The notes below the pieces were generated by a model. The model was not told the origin of the DNA, made no database searches, and was given only the letters and a program-made list of their open reading frames with translations. This document shows positions 1 to 13,997 of a DNA stretch of 64,000 nucleotides, piece after piece (the stretch's first letter is position 1; the number at the start of each line of letters is the position of its first letter). A program made the position numbers and the translations under genes. The DNA comes from Dictyostelium discoideum (taxonomy: Eukaryota), in assembly GCA_000004695.1 (NCBI GenBank), contig CM000152.2, positions 2,272,001-2,336,000 of the forward strand, read 5' to 3'.

Positions 1-80
1 AAATAAAAAAAAAAAAAAAAAAATATATAATATAATAAAATATAAATAATACAATTTATAATAAAAAATTAAATAATTTA

Positions 81-1528
81 TTATTGATCCTTTTGTTGTT
101 GTTGTTGTTGGTGTTGATTATAATTATTAATAATTTGTTGATTTTTCATATTTGGTAATGGTAAACCAGTTTGTCTTCTTGGTTCTAATAATAAAGATTT
201 ATCAAACATTTCATCATCATTTAAGATTGGTCTTGATAAGATTTTATCACGTAATGCAACATTTGAAGGCATTGGATAAGGATTTGAACGATATAATCTT
301 AAATTCTTTATAATTAAATGAATTGATCTTAATTTTTCAAAATTAATTAATTGTGTTGATTTATATTCTTCATCATCATCATCATCATCATTATTATTAT
401 TATTATCATTATTATCTAAATTATTTGATTTATTATTTGATTTATCATTATTATTATTATTTATAATTAAAGTTGGATTTGAATCTTCAATAACTAATAA
501 ATCTTTTGTATATAAACCTAAATATGGAATTAAAGGTGGTGAAGATGAATTTAAAACTTCTCTATAATTTTTATGATTTGATTCAGTTGAGAAAATCTTT
601 TGTAATTCTTCAAATTGATTCATTGATTTCTTTGAAATTTTATCCCAAGTTAAATATAATCTTTTAATTGCATAATGATAAATTCCTTGAGTGATAGCAT
701 AACAACAATGGAAATTTTTTAAATTTAAAAGTATGAAAGCAATCTCTATGAATTTTTCAATTACAAGTGCACGTGATGCTGGTGTTGTACAATTTAAAAT
801 CTCTGAACCAACCCAAGAACTCCATCTATTGAATAGTTGTACCATAGATTGAAAGTTTGGTGAAAGATCAGGTCTAACGAATTTCTTTTTCAATAATTCA
901 AAAATTGGTATCATTCTAAATGCTTTCTCATCAATTAATGTAATTTGAATAGCTGCTTGTGTACTATCAATATCACAAAAATTAAATTTCTTTGATGTAG
1001 AATTCTCACCACCACCACCATTCAATGATAATGATGATGTTGTTCTTGATCCACCAAGTATAAAATTATGTAATTGACGTTGCATTAATAATGAATCTGA
1101 ACTAATTCCCATTGGATTTTGTGATAATGATGGTGATAATGTTTGTGGTACTGAATTATTATTATTATTACTATTAATATTATTATTACTATTATTATTT
1201 GTTGTTGTTGTTAATATTGATACTGATGTTGTTGGTGTATTGTTTACAGAAGATAATGGTGAAGAATTTGAAATTAAAGGTGATGAAGAAGATGAAGGGA
1301 ATGGAGGTGGTAAACCACTTGATAATGTTGGAGTTGATGGTGAAGATAAAGCAGTTGGTGTACCAGTTCCACTAAATCCACCAATATTATCATAATAATA
1401 TTGATTATAAGTTTGTGATACTCTTTTACAAAAATCACTAAAAAATTGAAAATATTTAAATTCTTCATTTGGTAATGGTTGAAAATAATTTCTACCATTA
1501 TTATTATTGTTATTGCTATTATTATTAC

Positions 1529-1559
<31 letters not shown>

Positions 1560-1991
1560 TTGAATTGGTTGTTCAAAATATTTTTCAGTAAAATCTTGAA
1601 TTAATTCAACTGATGAATTACATTCTTCAATTTGATTCCAAAACATTGGTTTAAATTCAATTAATGATCTAATTAAAAATAAACATCTCTCTCTAATTTT
1701 CATTCTAAACTCTAATTGAATATTATATAAATTTTCATAATGTTTCTCTTGACTATATATTGATATCAATGACTGAATGTATGATTCAGTAGATAAGAAA
1801 TAATCATTATGACATAAATTTACAATTTCAATAAATGTATCATCCTTATAATAATAATCCATCAATTTCAATAAAATTTGATTAACTGTAACATTCTTTA
1901 CAACTTGATTACCTTTTTTAATTATATAATTTGATTGATCTTTTTCGTTAATCTAAATTAAAAATAATTTATTATATTTTAATATTAATAT

Positions 1992-2022
<31 letters not shown>

Positions 2023-4340
2023 AAAACCTACATCAAATATTTTCTTTAAATTTTTAATTATAAAAAATGTAATTAAAATTGCATTATCATATTGTTGAAT
2101 ACTAGCATCATTATTAATTTTAAATAATATTGGACCAAAAATATTTGAAATTTTATGTTGAATAATTTCTAATTTCTCTTGGTCTTCATAACTTAGAGAT
2201 TCAATTAAATTAATATCAAAACTATTATTATGATTTTCATTTTCATTTTTATCCATTGTATCAATATTATTATTATTATTACTATTATTATTACTATTAT
2301 TATTACTATTATTACTATTATTACTATTATTATTACTATTATTATTATTTTCAATACCAATTTCAATTTGAATTAATTTACAAAGATGTGATAATAATGA
2401 TTTTAAAACTGTCCAATGAATTTGTGGTTGTGAGAATATTATTGAACGTACAAATGATAATTTATATCTTTCATCATTTTCATCGATAATCTTATTAATA
2501 GTTTCAGAAAGTAATACATCTGGTAAAATTGAATTTGGTAATACTTTAAAGAAATGAATTAATAATTCACCCAATACTTGTGGTTCTACCATTTCATTCA
2601 AATTTTTATATGCATCCTCTTTTCCTCTAGTAACTAATTTAATTAATGATTCAATTGTTATTCTATTTCTTGGTGATGATGGTTCAATAATTGTTGTTGT
2701 CATAACAATTGGTTGTGGTTGTGATTGTGGTGGTAGTGGTAGTGGTAGTGGTAGTGGTAGTGGTGGTGGTGGTTGTATATTTCCACTATTTCTTATATTT
2801 GATGTTTGATTGTTATTATCTGTACCAATATTTAAATCTGGTATAGTTATACTATTTCTTATATTTGATGTTTGAATATTATTAATATTATTAATATTAT
2901 TATTATTATTTACATTATTATTACAATTATTTGTATTTGTATTATTGTTACTATTTGATTCGCTGCCGCTGCTGCAAATTTTACTATTATTTGTTGAGGT
3001 AGAAGTTGAATTATTTATATTATAAATAATTTCAATTGATTCTTTAGTTGATTCTAAATGAGTTATTAGATGATGTAAGAAAACAGGATAAGGTGAATCA
3101 CCTAATAATCGCATTGATTCTAAGGGTATACCAAATACATCCTCTTTGAAACAATATTGTTGTACATCACCCCTTGCATTTCTAGTTGTTAACATTTTAC
3201 TTAATGTTGATGCTGCTGCTTCTTTATTTGTATCAACTGTTGATTTTTTACTTGTTTTAAATAATGGTTTAAAAACCAATGCTGTTGTATTTGATCTTTC
3301 TCTAGGTGAGACTGGTACTTCAATATTATCATTATTATTATTACCATTATTATTATTTGTATCAAATCCAATTGTTACATTATTAGCACCATTTTCACTT
3401 GTAAAACGTGGTGATGAAATTGGTGTTGATTGATTTGATGATTCTTTTGAACTAAATAAAGATATTAAAATATTTTGACCAAATGCAATTGATTTATGAG
3501 TTTCTCTACTTGGTTTTCTTGATGCAACACCATTATTATTATTATTGTTATTATTATTTGATTGTTGATTAATTGAAAATTGATTGGTTGAATAGGATCT
3601 TGGTGGTGAATTAGAATAAGGTGAATTTGAAGTTGTAGTTGGGGTTGATGCTGGTGTACTCCCATTACCACTATTAGTAGTAGTAGTTTGAGAGTTTGTT
3701 GCTGTTGTATTATTATTATTATTATCACTATTAATAGAATCTTGATCTTCCTCTGCAGCCAATACAATCTTTGAATCTTTATCTTTTAAAGGTGATAAAA
3801 GATAATTTAAATTATTTGTTTTATTCTTTCTTAATGTTTTACCACCACCACCACCACTGCCACCACTTCCACTACCACCAAATGATGGTAATGAACCACT
3901 TCTACTTCTAGTCTCTGGTTTCAATCTAGATTCTTGATGAACAATATTCAAATTCTTACTTGGTGATGTTGATAATTGTAATGGTGGTATCTTTGGTGGT
4001 GATGATGAAATTTTATCGTCTTCTATTCCGTTGTTATTGTTTTTGTTATTATTATTCTTTGGAATTGGTAATGATGGTGAAGTATTTGTAGTTGTTGTAT
4101 TTTTTGTAGTATTAATAATTGGTGGTGGAGTTGTAACTTCAGTTGTTGTTGGTGTCGATACTATACTTGGAGTTGAAGGAGCAGTATAAGAACCACTATT
4201 ATTATAATTATTATTTATAATGATTGGATGATTTGATTCTTTTAATATTGATTTCGAAGGTGATTGAACAGAAACACTAAAGAAACGATTTCTCTTTTTC
4301 TCAAAGCTACTTGGTTCACCATTAAATGTTAATTTCTTAC

Positions 4341-4387
<47 letters not shown>

Positions 4388-4899
4388 GTATTACTAGTTG
4401 AAACTGATGTTAATCTTGGACTTTGAACTGATAGTTTATGTTGATAAATTAATGCTTGATATGCAGATTCAACATCTTCAAACATTCCAAAAACATATTT
4501 CTTATAAGATGTTGTAATCTCTATAGAATGCCCTAAAATAACTGATGATACTCTTTTAATTGATAATACATTTTTAAAATCTGAATATTTCTTTTGTGAG
4601 AAAAAAAATAAAAAATAAATTATTAATAAATATACGTTAATATAATATATTATTATATAATATTATTATTATATATTAACAACTTACTTTAATTTCCTTA
4701 TTAAAAATTAAACTATAAAAACAAAAATAATTATTTGTAATGAATAATTTACCAGCTTTTGAAACCTTTCTTCTATATGCACAAACATATGGTTGTTCTG
4801 ATACTAATCTCTCAAATTCTGGTAACTCGAATATTTCTAAAATATTAATTGAAAATTTATTTTTAAATGGTACAATAGTATCCTCTGTTGTTTCTTCTA

Positions 4900-4945
<46 letters not shown>

Positions 4946-5554
4946 GTTATTATTATTATTGTTGTTGTTGTTGTTATTATTATTATTATAATTATTATTA
5001 TCTTTAAATATATATTTAACTTTACTTAATAAGGTTTGTCTTCTTCCATTATTGTTAATATTTCCTAATGGTGGTTTTAAAGGTGATGAAGAAGGTGAAC
5101 CAATTGGTGATGATGATTTTCTTACAAAATCTGAATGTGCTTTTTCATTAAGATCATATGAGTATGATGTTGAATTTGGTATTCCATTATTATTACTACT
5201 ACTACTACTACCATTACTAATTGATTGTGATCTAGTTTGTTGCATCGACTCATCGAAATAAAATGTTGCAGGTGGTAACTGTACTTTTAATGGTGCTGCT
5301 GGTGTCATGGTGCTGCTATTTCTTGATGTAGTAGCGTATTTCCATGTTTTATCATTATCATTATTATTTTTATTTTTATTTTTAATTATTTTACCATTAT
5401 TACTTTCTTTTTGAGTCGAAGATGAAGATTCTAAATCAACATCTTCAAAAAATTCTTCCTCTTGATTTTTATTAATACCATTACTACTACTACTAAATGA
5501 TATTGATGTGGATGCGGATTTTTTTAAATTTCCACCATTGTCACCTGAACTCAT
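81..5554 (-). CDS. GRAM / RhoGAP / RasGEF multidomain signalling protein, about 1765 aa, 3 exons: join(5554..4688,4590..2032,1952..81)
   Basis: Seen in sequence: real ATG at 5554-5552. Exon 1 ends ...[13 protein letters not shown] followed by GTAAGT (4687-4682). Acceptor ...cacaaaag|AAATAT at 4591/4590; the reading continues [13 protein letters not shown]...[13 protein letters not shown], which completes a GRAM-domain consensus across the junction (phase 0). A RhoGAP-like block runs from (V)[12 protein letters not shown].. to ..FGPILFK...NLKKIFD, then donor GAT|GTAGGT (2031-2026). Acceptor aatttag|ATTAAC at 1953/1952 (phase 0) joins in frame to [18 protein letters not shown] (RasGEF N-terminal domain). 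The CDC25-type RasGEF catalytic domain is [14 protein letters not shown]...VRPDLSPNF...[11 protein letters not shown]...LGLYTKDL. The 'M' at 1871 in the ORF track is a TTG. Domain calls rest on established family consensus. Introns are 97 bp and 79 bp. Confidence 0.8.
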
Positions 5555-5570
5555 TTTTTATTTTTTTTAT

Positions 5571-5610
<40 letters not shown>

Positions 5611-5821
5611 TTTGTTTATTCTTTTACTTTTTTTTATTTATTTATTTATTTATTTGTTTTTCTTAATGTGTTGTGTCAATCAATTTTTTTTTTTTTTTTT
5701 TATTAATTAATATTTTTTTTTTTTTTTTTTAAATTTTTATTTTAAAAAAAATTTTTTTGGAAAATAATAATAAAAATAAAAATTAAAAAAATAAAAAAAG
5801 TTAAAAGATAATAATATTCAT

Positions 5822-5872
5822 ATGTGTGGGTTGAGTGTTTCAGGGTGTGTGTATATATGTTGGGTTGATTAT
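5822..5872. promoter_or_regulatory. GT-rich (G-box-like, TGTGTGGGTTG / GGGTGTGTG) cluster about 270-320 bp upstream of the GRAM/RhoGAP/RasGEF gene ATG
   Basis: atgtgtgggttgagtgtttcagggtgtgtgtatatatgttgggttg is an island of G+T in poly(A/T) surroundings. Established knowledge: GT/CA-rich G-boxes are developmental promoter elements in Dictyostelium. Applying that here is inference. Confidence 0.35.
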
Positions 5873-6445
5873 TGGAATTCTATTAATTTTTTTAAAAAAA
5901 TAAAAAAAAAAAATTTCTTTTTGTTGCTATCAATATCAAAAAATGAAATTTTTATTTTTTTTTTTTTTTTATTTTATTTTTTTTTTTTTTTTTTATTTTT
6001 TTTTTTTTTATTTTATTTTTTTATTTTAAAATATCTGAATCCTGCAAAAATAATCTGATTTTTATATTTTTTGATTATATTTTTTAATATGTGTTGTCCC
6101 AAGGTTAACCAAATAAAAAGATTTAAAAATAATTTGGTTAATAATAAAAATTAATTGGTAATAAAAAAAAATATAAAATAAAAAAAAACCCAATTTAATA
6201 ATTTATTAATTTTATAAAAAAAAAATTATAAGAAGAGTGGTCGCATTTAAAAAAAAATATAAAATAAAATTAAAATTTTTTAAAATTAATTATTTTTTGA
6301 TTGTTTTTTTTGATTGTTTTTTTGATTGTTTTTTTGATTGTTTTTTTTTTTTTTTTATAAAATTAAAACATCATCAACCACCCAAAGAAATTATTAGAGT
6401 GGAAAGATGGAATTAAAAATAAAAAAGAAAATAAAAAAGAAAATA

Positions 6446-6446
6446 A

Positions 6447-6509
<63 letters not shown>

Positions 6510-6510
6510 A
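6446..6510. repeat. (ATAA)n microsatellite, about 16 units
   Basis: aaataaataaataaataaa... in the intergenic region. Confidence 0.9.
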
Positions 6511-6572
6511 ATTTAATCTTTTTTAAATAAATAAAAAAATAATAATTTGAATAAATTTATTTATTATTTTTA

Positions 6573-8186
6573 TTATAAACCAATTGGTTTATATTGTCTA
6601 TCTCTTTTAACTTTTCTAACAACTAAAACTGCAACTATAACAATTAAGAAAAATCCACCAATGACACCAAATGAAATTCCAACTTTTTGACCAGTTGTTA
6701 ATCCGTTTGTATTATCACTAGAGATTTCGAAATCATCTTTTTCACATTGTAATTTTTTAGATTGATTAATAACAGTACAAAAATATGAAACTGATGGTAA
6801 GCAATCTATACCAAAAGAATTTACAGTATTGGTTTCATTAATTTTAAAAGTAGTACTTGAAAGGTTAATTTTAGAGTTTGTACAATAAACTGAAGGACCA
6901 TGATCATCTTGTTTAGCATAGTTTCCAATGAAGCTAGTACTGTTAATAGTTATACTACTTGAGTAGATATCAATTGCACCACCACTAACTGCTGCGGTAT
7001 TATTAATGAATTGAGATCCAATGATTGTAGTTGGAGTATCGAGAAAAGCATAATTTGAAGAATTTATATTGATAGCACCACCATTTTGGGCAAAGTTATT
7101 GGTGAATATAGAGTTTTTAACTAAACATTCAGTGGCAGTGAGTGAAATAGCACCACCAGAAGAACCTGGTGATTTTTGGTTGTTATTATTTGCAAATAAG
7201 CAACTATCAACTGTAATTAAACCAGAATTTAAACCAAAGATTGGAGCAGTATTTAAATTGTTTACAAAATTACAATTTAAGAAATAAGTCTTTGTAAAAT
7301 AATTTGTGAAAGCAAAACCAATACCACCTAAAGCATTTGTGAAATTTACATTTGTAAATTTGAATTGTGGTGTAGTGAGGAACTCAGATGCTAAAAAGAA
7401 GGCTGCATTAGAAGCAATTGAATCCAATTTTGAATTTGTCATTGTCAATAGACCATTTCTCATATAAATAATACCACCAGATGCTGAGTTTCTAATATTG
7501 CTAAATGAACATTGATCAATTGTAATTACAACATTTAAATCAAAAGCATAAAGTACACCACCGGAAATTTTTGAAGATGTTGAATTATTAAATGTGGTCT
7601 TACTGATATTAATTACACTGTTGGCTGGTGGGTAATCAGATTCGCCATCGGTTGAATCAATTGCAATTGAACCACCACCAATTGTTGCATTATTATTATT
7701 GAATACACAATTATTGATTTCCAATTGTATATTTGATGTACCATTATTGAAAAGTACTGGTCCATATGGTTTATTACCATTTTGAAATGTAATACCAGTG
7801 AATGAAACTATACTTGTGTCATAGATTGATGATGGTTCAATTCTAATAAATGAATCAGTAGCATTTGAAAGATCAATAATTACATCATTGGTTTCTTTAT
7901 TATTATTTACAAGAGTTATAGATTGGTTGGTCACTTTTCCAAATGTTGCTTGATTAATCAAATATGTACCTGGTTCAATATTCATTGTTATGCTTTCAAA
8001 TTGTCCACCACATGATAAAATTGATTGACTAATACTTTGACATGGTGTGGCTGCTGCAGTACCACAATTTTCTGTCAATCCAGATTTTGAGTCTGTATAA
8101 CTAATACATTGTTCTCCTCCCAATACTATATTATCACCAAATATATAAACATATAAAAATAATAATGCAATAATTAATTTATACAT
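6573..8186 (-). CDS. Secreted / type I membrane protein with parallel beta-helix (PMP-type GGAI...FxxN) repeats, 537 aa
   Basis: ATG at 8186-8184. N-terminal signal peptide MYKLIIALLFLYVYIFG. Repeated GGAI / GGSIAI / GGII motifs and Asn-rich beta-helix-like repeats. Single C-terminal TM segment (VGISFGVIGGFFLIVIVAVLVV) followed by a basic tail RKVKRDRQYKPIGL. Continuous ORF with non-AT-biased codon use. Confidence 0.8.
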   Translation of the reverse strand: MYKLIIALLFLYVYIFGDNIVLGGEQCISYTDSKSGLTENCGTAAATPCQSISQSILSCGGQFESITMNIEPGTYLINQATFGKVTNQSITLVNNNKETNDVIIDLSNATDSFIRIEPSSIYDTSIVSFTGITFQNGNKPYGPVLFNNGTSNIQLEINNCVFNNNNATIGGGSIAIDSTDGESDYPPANSVINISKTTFNNSTSSKISGGVLYAFDLNVVITIDQCSFSNIRNSASGGIIYMRNGLLTMTNSKLDSIASNAAFFLASEFLTTPQFKFTNVNFTNALGGIGFAFTNYFTKTYFLNCNFVNNLNTAPIFGLNSGLITVDSCLFANNNNQKSPGSSGGAISLTATECLVKNSIFTNNFAQNGGAININSSNYAFLDTPTTIIGSQFINNTAAVSGGAIDIYSSSITINSTSFIGNYAKQDDHGPSVYCTNSKINLSSTTFKINETNTVNSFGIDCLPSVSYFCTVINQSKKLQCEKDDFEISSDNTNGLTTGQKVGISFGVIGGFFLIVIVAVLVVRKVKRDRQYKPIGL

Positions 8187-8533
8187 TTTTGTTATTTTAT
8201 TTTATTTTATTTTATTTTTTTTTTTTTTGTTATTTGTTTTTTTTTATTTTTATTTGTTTTTTTTTACTGTTTGTTATGTTTAATAAAAATAAAAAAAAAA
8301 ATAAAAAAAAAAAAATAAAAAATAAAAAACAAAAAATTATAACATACTTTGTGACAATAAAAAGAAAAGGAAAAATTCAAATCGAGCTGTGACGTTTTTT
8401 TTCGAGTTTTTAGGTTTTGGGTTTTTTTTTTTTTTTTGTAAAAGGAACTAAAAAATATTAAAAATTTAGGTTACCAGCCGTTTTTCATTTTTTTTATTAT
8501 TTTTTTTTTTTTTTTTTAAATTAATTATATTTT

Positions 8534-11500
8534 TTACAACTGCTCGTCATTACCGTTTGGGGTGTTGAAAGATGAATTATTAGGTGATTCGAAATCATTA
8601 TTAGAATATTCAGAAGGTGAATTTGAGTTTGAATTATTTGAATTTTGGCGAGAATCGCTGATCATTGTTGATAATTTGGTACTGTTTCTATTTTTTGAAC
8701 CTCCGCTATTTGTTGGACTATTATCTGAACTTGTATTAATATTTCTAGCACGTTGTTCAAAACAATACAAAATACTAAATCCAGGAACGATTTCAGTGAT
8801 TATTAAACCAATGAAACTGAATATCATTGAATTTACATTTCCTGCTACTAAAATCAATACAAATACACAATGTAATAAAAATCCAATCGAACATGCAACA
8901 GTGAGTGTAAAAATTTTTCTTTGATGATTTGATTTTGAGCCCACTTTAATATTGGTTGAACGCATAACAATGAATAAACGGCCACCCAAGTAAATGAATG
9001 CTGCACCCATAATTAATGAAATTAATGCTTGAATCACCGCGTAAACAATACTAACTACACGTTGTGGTGTTGAACTTTCCACTGGAATTATAATACGCGA
9101 ACCACAATCATTACTTGGATCGGTATTGGTATATTGGAAAACTAATACAATGGCAATGAATAATAGGTAGAGGAATGCATTGATTACAAATACAATTGTA
9201 AATAATCTCTTTGATAAATTCTCAGCAGATTTATTCTTTTTCAATACCAAGAATACAATGACATACCAAAGTACTAAAAGAATATTAAATGCTGTAAAGT
9301 AAATAAATGTTGGTAATACCACTAGAATGTAATCGGCGATTGGACTATCAGATAAATTACCACTTGGCATAATAAAGAAATAAATGGCTCTAATTGTGAT
9401 AAATAGTGTTACGACACCAATTAAAAGATGGGTTAGTTGGAAATTTCTTTTTTCTGAAACAAACTGAGTTCTAACAATAAGACATAATTCAAATAAACCC
9501 CAAATTGAGACTACTGAAAAGAGAGCACCCAATGTATACATTAATGCTCTTGATGTTGAGTCGAATGCTTGTTTACTTTCATTTTCCCATTCATCCATTC
9601 GATTAATTGGGAAATAAATTGGATTACCACCTTCAATGGTAACAATTGAACATAACATTAAAACTTCATCTTTACCTGCAGTTACACTATCCTTTGAAAT
9701 TTGAGTGAATATTTTATTTGATTGAATTGGAGTTGGTGTTGTTGATTCACCATCGATTTGAACTGCAAAATCTAAAATTGGATATTTTGTGCTAGATAGA
9801 GATATTTTCAAACAAATGGTTGCTTCATTTATACCATCTTGTGATTTAATCATAATACCATCTCCTAATAATGTACCAATGATTGCATCATTAGAGTTTT
9901 TAACACCATATTTATCAGCTTTCTTATAGGATACGAAATTTGATGCTAATGATTCTTTTTGTGCTGATGTATAGATTTCTCTTGAAATTTGTGAAATTGA
10001 TAAAGATTGACAACTTTGAGAGATTGAATCATTTGAAAATTCAATTTTACCATAATCGAATGAAAATGATGAATTTACACCTGCGCATGGTTTAGTTTGA
10101 CCTAATAATGGTGTTGATGCAGTGAAACATTGTGAGCCACCTTTACCTGAACAACTACATGTAATTGAGTTCAAATTTGATTGTAATCTTTCCATACGAC
10201 AATATGCTTCTGAACGGAATAAATCTGCAACTTGAGTTTTTGCTGCTTTTGTAACACTCTTGTAGAATAGTTGATAATTGAATACACTATCGATATCATT
10301 TGGAATGAATGATTTCGCAGTATTCCAAACAATTGGTTTATAAACACCTGGTAACCATGTAGCTGCTTTCCATTGGAATTTATTTGTCCATTTATTGAAT
10401 GAGTCCATACAACCTTCACATAAATCTTGATCCATTTCATTGAATTGGTAGTTGAATGGTAAATTATTAACTGTTATAGTGGATTCTAAAATTTTACAAC
10501 CCATTTGTGATGTACATGAACTTTGATTTCTTGCCGGTATCCACCATACACCACCATCATCTTCACAACTAACTTTACTCAAGTAGTCCAATCCTAATGG
10601 ATAACAACCATTTGGTGAATCTTGTTGGGCATATGGTTCACAACTTATGCCACTAAATTTACCATGTGGGAATAAACATTTACCATATCCATCAGGATAA
10701 TTATAATTTCTTGTAGTGGCTTGATTGAAATAAAATTCATCAGAACAAATACCTGCTGTTAAACATTCTTGTTCAGTTTGACACTCAATTGGTTTTAATG
10801 AGCATAAACTTTGTTGAGCATCTGGACCAATGCATTCACCTTCAAGTTTTGTTGAACAATCTATCCATGTATAACCTGAACCAGCAGTAATACATTGTTG
10901 TTCATCTGTTGCAGATTTTAATATACAAACTTTTGCTTCGGTTGACCATTCAGTTGTACCTACAGGATTATCTAATGCTGCACAATTTGTGCTATTCATT
11001 CCGGTTTGTAAAATTGCACAATAATCATCTTGATTATTTGCTAAACTTGAAGAGCATTCATAACCACATGGTACTGAACATTTACCTTTAGAATTACAAT
11101 TACTTTCGCTTGTTGCTGTTAAATCATATTCACCATTTGGTAAAAGACAAATTTGATTTTGAGTTTGACATGATGTTTGATCTGTAAATTCAGTAGCTAC
11201 ATGACATTGAGTATCTTCATTTGTACAAACACCACAAAAATCTTTTAAAACACAAGCATCTTCACATGACTCTTCAATACCATTTTCAGTATATGTATTA
11301 TCACTGCATGACAAGTATGGACAAATACCCCAAGAAGTACAATTATCAAAATGTGATACTAATCTAAAATCCCAATATAAAAACATACTATCCAAACAAG
11401 TATCATGATGAGAAAGGCATGAACCATCCAAACATCCATTTGTTGAATAACATTGTTCTTTGCTGTATGATACTCTTGACCCCCATGTATATGTAGAACG

Positions 11501-12348
11501 TTCATTTATATCATTTTGACCAATACAATCATCTTTTAAATGTTTATTGAAAACTTTAGTAACAACATCATCATTTACAATGGTTGAACTCTCCAACAAT
11601 GAGAATAATGTACCAGGTGATAAATTTGATAATACACATTTTACATATTCAAAATCGATTTTATTAAAATTTGGTAAACAAGTTCTTGAATATAAATTAC
11701 ATTTACCATCGCCATATCCATTACAATCTGTATCATTTGTACAAAATGATGTTGGTGGTATTAATTTACTCTTGCAATCTCTTAAAACTGTAATTGATGT
11801 TAATTCTAATTTGGTTGGTTCAGTTGATGGCACAGCACAATCATCAATACCATCCAACGAGCTACCATAATCTGATAATACTGATGAGGTACATTCTAGA
11901 CTTGAACATTGTTCACCTACTAAACTTTGATTCACCGATACGAATTGTGTGATGTTAGTTGGAATAATTGATGGATTACAGCATTGATAATAATCCTGAA
12001 TTGGTGAACAACATGGATCAGTTTTATATTCTGGATCAGTACTTAAGTATTGACATAATCTAATTGAAATATTCTTTACAACAGTTTCCATATGTAATAA
12101 TGATAATGCTTTATTACTACAACCTATCCATGCATCACTAATAGTTAATGAATCTAAACTATATCTATAATTATTTAATTCATCAATATCTGATACATTA
12201 AATAATACTTTTTCTGTATTTTCTAACAATTCCAAAACTTGTTGAAATTTATCAGTATCACATTCAATTTCTTTTTCTTTAAATCCAACTTGAATATTAA
12301 TTGGCTAATTAAAAAAAAAAAAAAAAAAAAATGGTTAGTAAATAATAA

Positions 12349-12429
<81 letters not shown>

Positions 12430-13961
12430 CTTACATTATCATTTTCATCAAAAATATTTGAAAGAAATTGTAATTTTGAATTTAAAATTGTTTCAAAATC
12501 AAATACTTTAACTAAATCATTTTTACCAACACTTGAGGAGAGTCTGACAGAAGCTTGAAATGATTTTGGTTTATAGGAACTAAATGAATCCTTTATAATG
12601 TCATCATAAATTAAAAGGTAGTCAAACTTTGGTGTATGGAAAAAGAAGGATGGGACTGGATATAATGGATTAATATCAGTTTGTGGATATAAAATTGTAA
12701 AAGGGTCAGATGCATCAAATGTTGGACCATCATAATATGAAGTTGGGGTATCCAAACGAGCTGTATTTACTAATGATATTGCACCTGCTTGAGTTGTCAT
12801 AAAATTACTTTCATAAAATGAATATCTATATCTATCACCTTGTGTTGTAATTGAAAAAGTATAATTTGTTGAATAAGTTGGTACAGCTGTTATATATATT
12901 GTTGATGGTTCTAAATATAAAACTATATAGTTATCAACTATTTTAAAATAAAAAAAAAATAAAAAAAAACAAATAATAAATATTAAATTAAAAAAAAAAA
13001 AAATTTGTATTAAATTAAAAAAAAAAAAAAACTTACAATCTTCTGATAATTGCCAAAAAGAATCCAATTCTGTTGGCTTTTGAGTTGAATTTGACATATA
13101 ATAAATTACATTTTGGTACATGCATGGGAAATTAAAGTAATAAAATTCTGCTTTATCAACTTGAAAAGAGTAATATTGTGGTTCATATGCCTCTGCCACA
13201 TTATTAATAATTTCACCAGTGGTGATACAAATGTGGTCAGGAGTTGCAGATTGGCAATTTGAAGTATCTACTGTAGCATTTGGTACTTTATTTGTATGAA
13301 GGATTAATGAGAATTTGAAATATTGGCTTTGTGGTACAACATTTATAAAGTAGGTATCTCTAGTCCATGATAATGTATATGAATAATGTTCAGCTACATC
13401 CCAATTATCAGATGGGCAAATATTAAATAATGCCAATCTTTGTGATTTATACTCTGATGAATATCTTTGATAGGTTAATGATGGTGTTGAGCCAATGTAT
13501 GTATCACCATAACCTTCCATTGGAGTGACTTTAAGGAAAACACCATTACAACCAAACGAATCGGCTTTAACCCTAAATCTTTGAATTTTACCACCTGATG
13601 ATTCAAAGCTATATTGTTTATCGAATTCAACCGTTTTCCATTCTCCACTGCATAATTCAATTCCTTCAACGCCAGTTTCGTCACATACATTTGTACAACT
13701 TGGATGACGGATTTTTGGACATTCGTTCATATCTGTATAATCACATGTACAATCAATTTCACTATCACTTGGAATATCTGTACAATTATAGTTTGGACAT
13801 CCCAATGAATCATATTTATAAATATCTTGATCAAATTCGATATCAATCAATGCATATGATAAATCAACACCCAAAACGTTTACATCTTTTTTAACAACTG
13901 TTGATGATTTAACTTCAAAACCTATTTAAAATTATTTTTTATTGTGTTTTTAGAATTTGAG

Positions 13962-13997
<36 letters not shown>

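Noticed and set aside
1274-1576. 100-aa and similar antisense or alternate-frame ORFs inside real genes (1274-1576-, 3146-3433+, 3465-3767-, 10171-10440-, 16352-16573-, 37155-37739+, 38344-38604+, 46839-47063-, 47319-47543-)
   Set aside because: They overlap well-supported CDSs in another frame or strand. Their composition mirrors the sense gene, and they have no independent support.
1871-1871. ORF-track start codons taken at face value (e.g. 1871, 12235, 13874, 18683, 20197, 63901)
   Set aside because: Checking the DNA shows these 'M' positions are TTG or GTG codons inside exons. The true N-termini were reassigned from splice and phase analysis.
2256-2489. Plus-strand 77-aa ORF (poly-Tyr) and similar poly-F/poly-K/poly-L/poly-I ORFs (e.g. 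4740-4991+, 5497-5706+, 12239-12511+, 20569-20775+, 37720-37911+, 40450-40927-, 49666-49860+)
   Set aside because: They are translations of homopolymer or AAT/ATT-repeat DNA, antisense to real genes or inside intergenic poly(A/T). They have no start context and no complexity.
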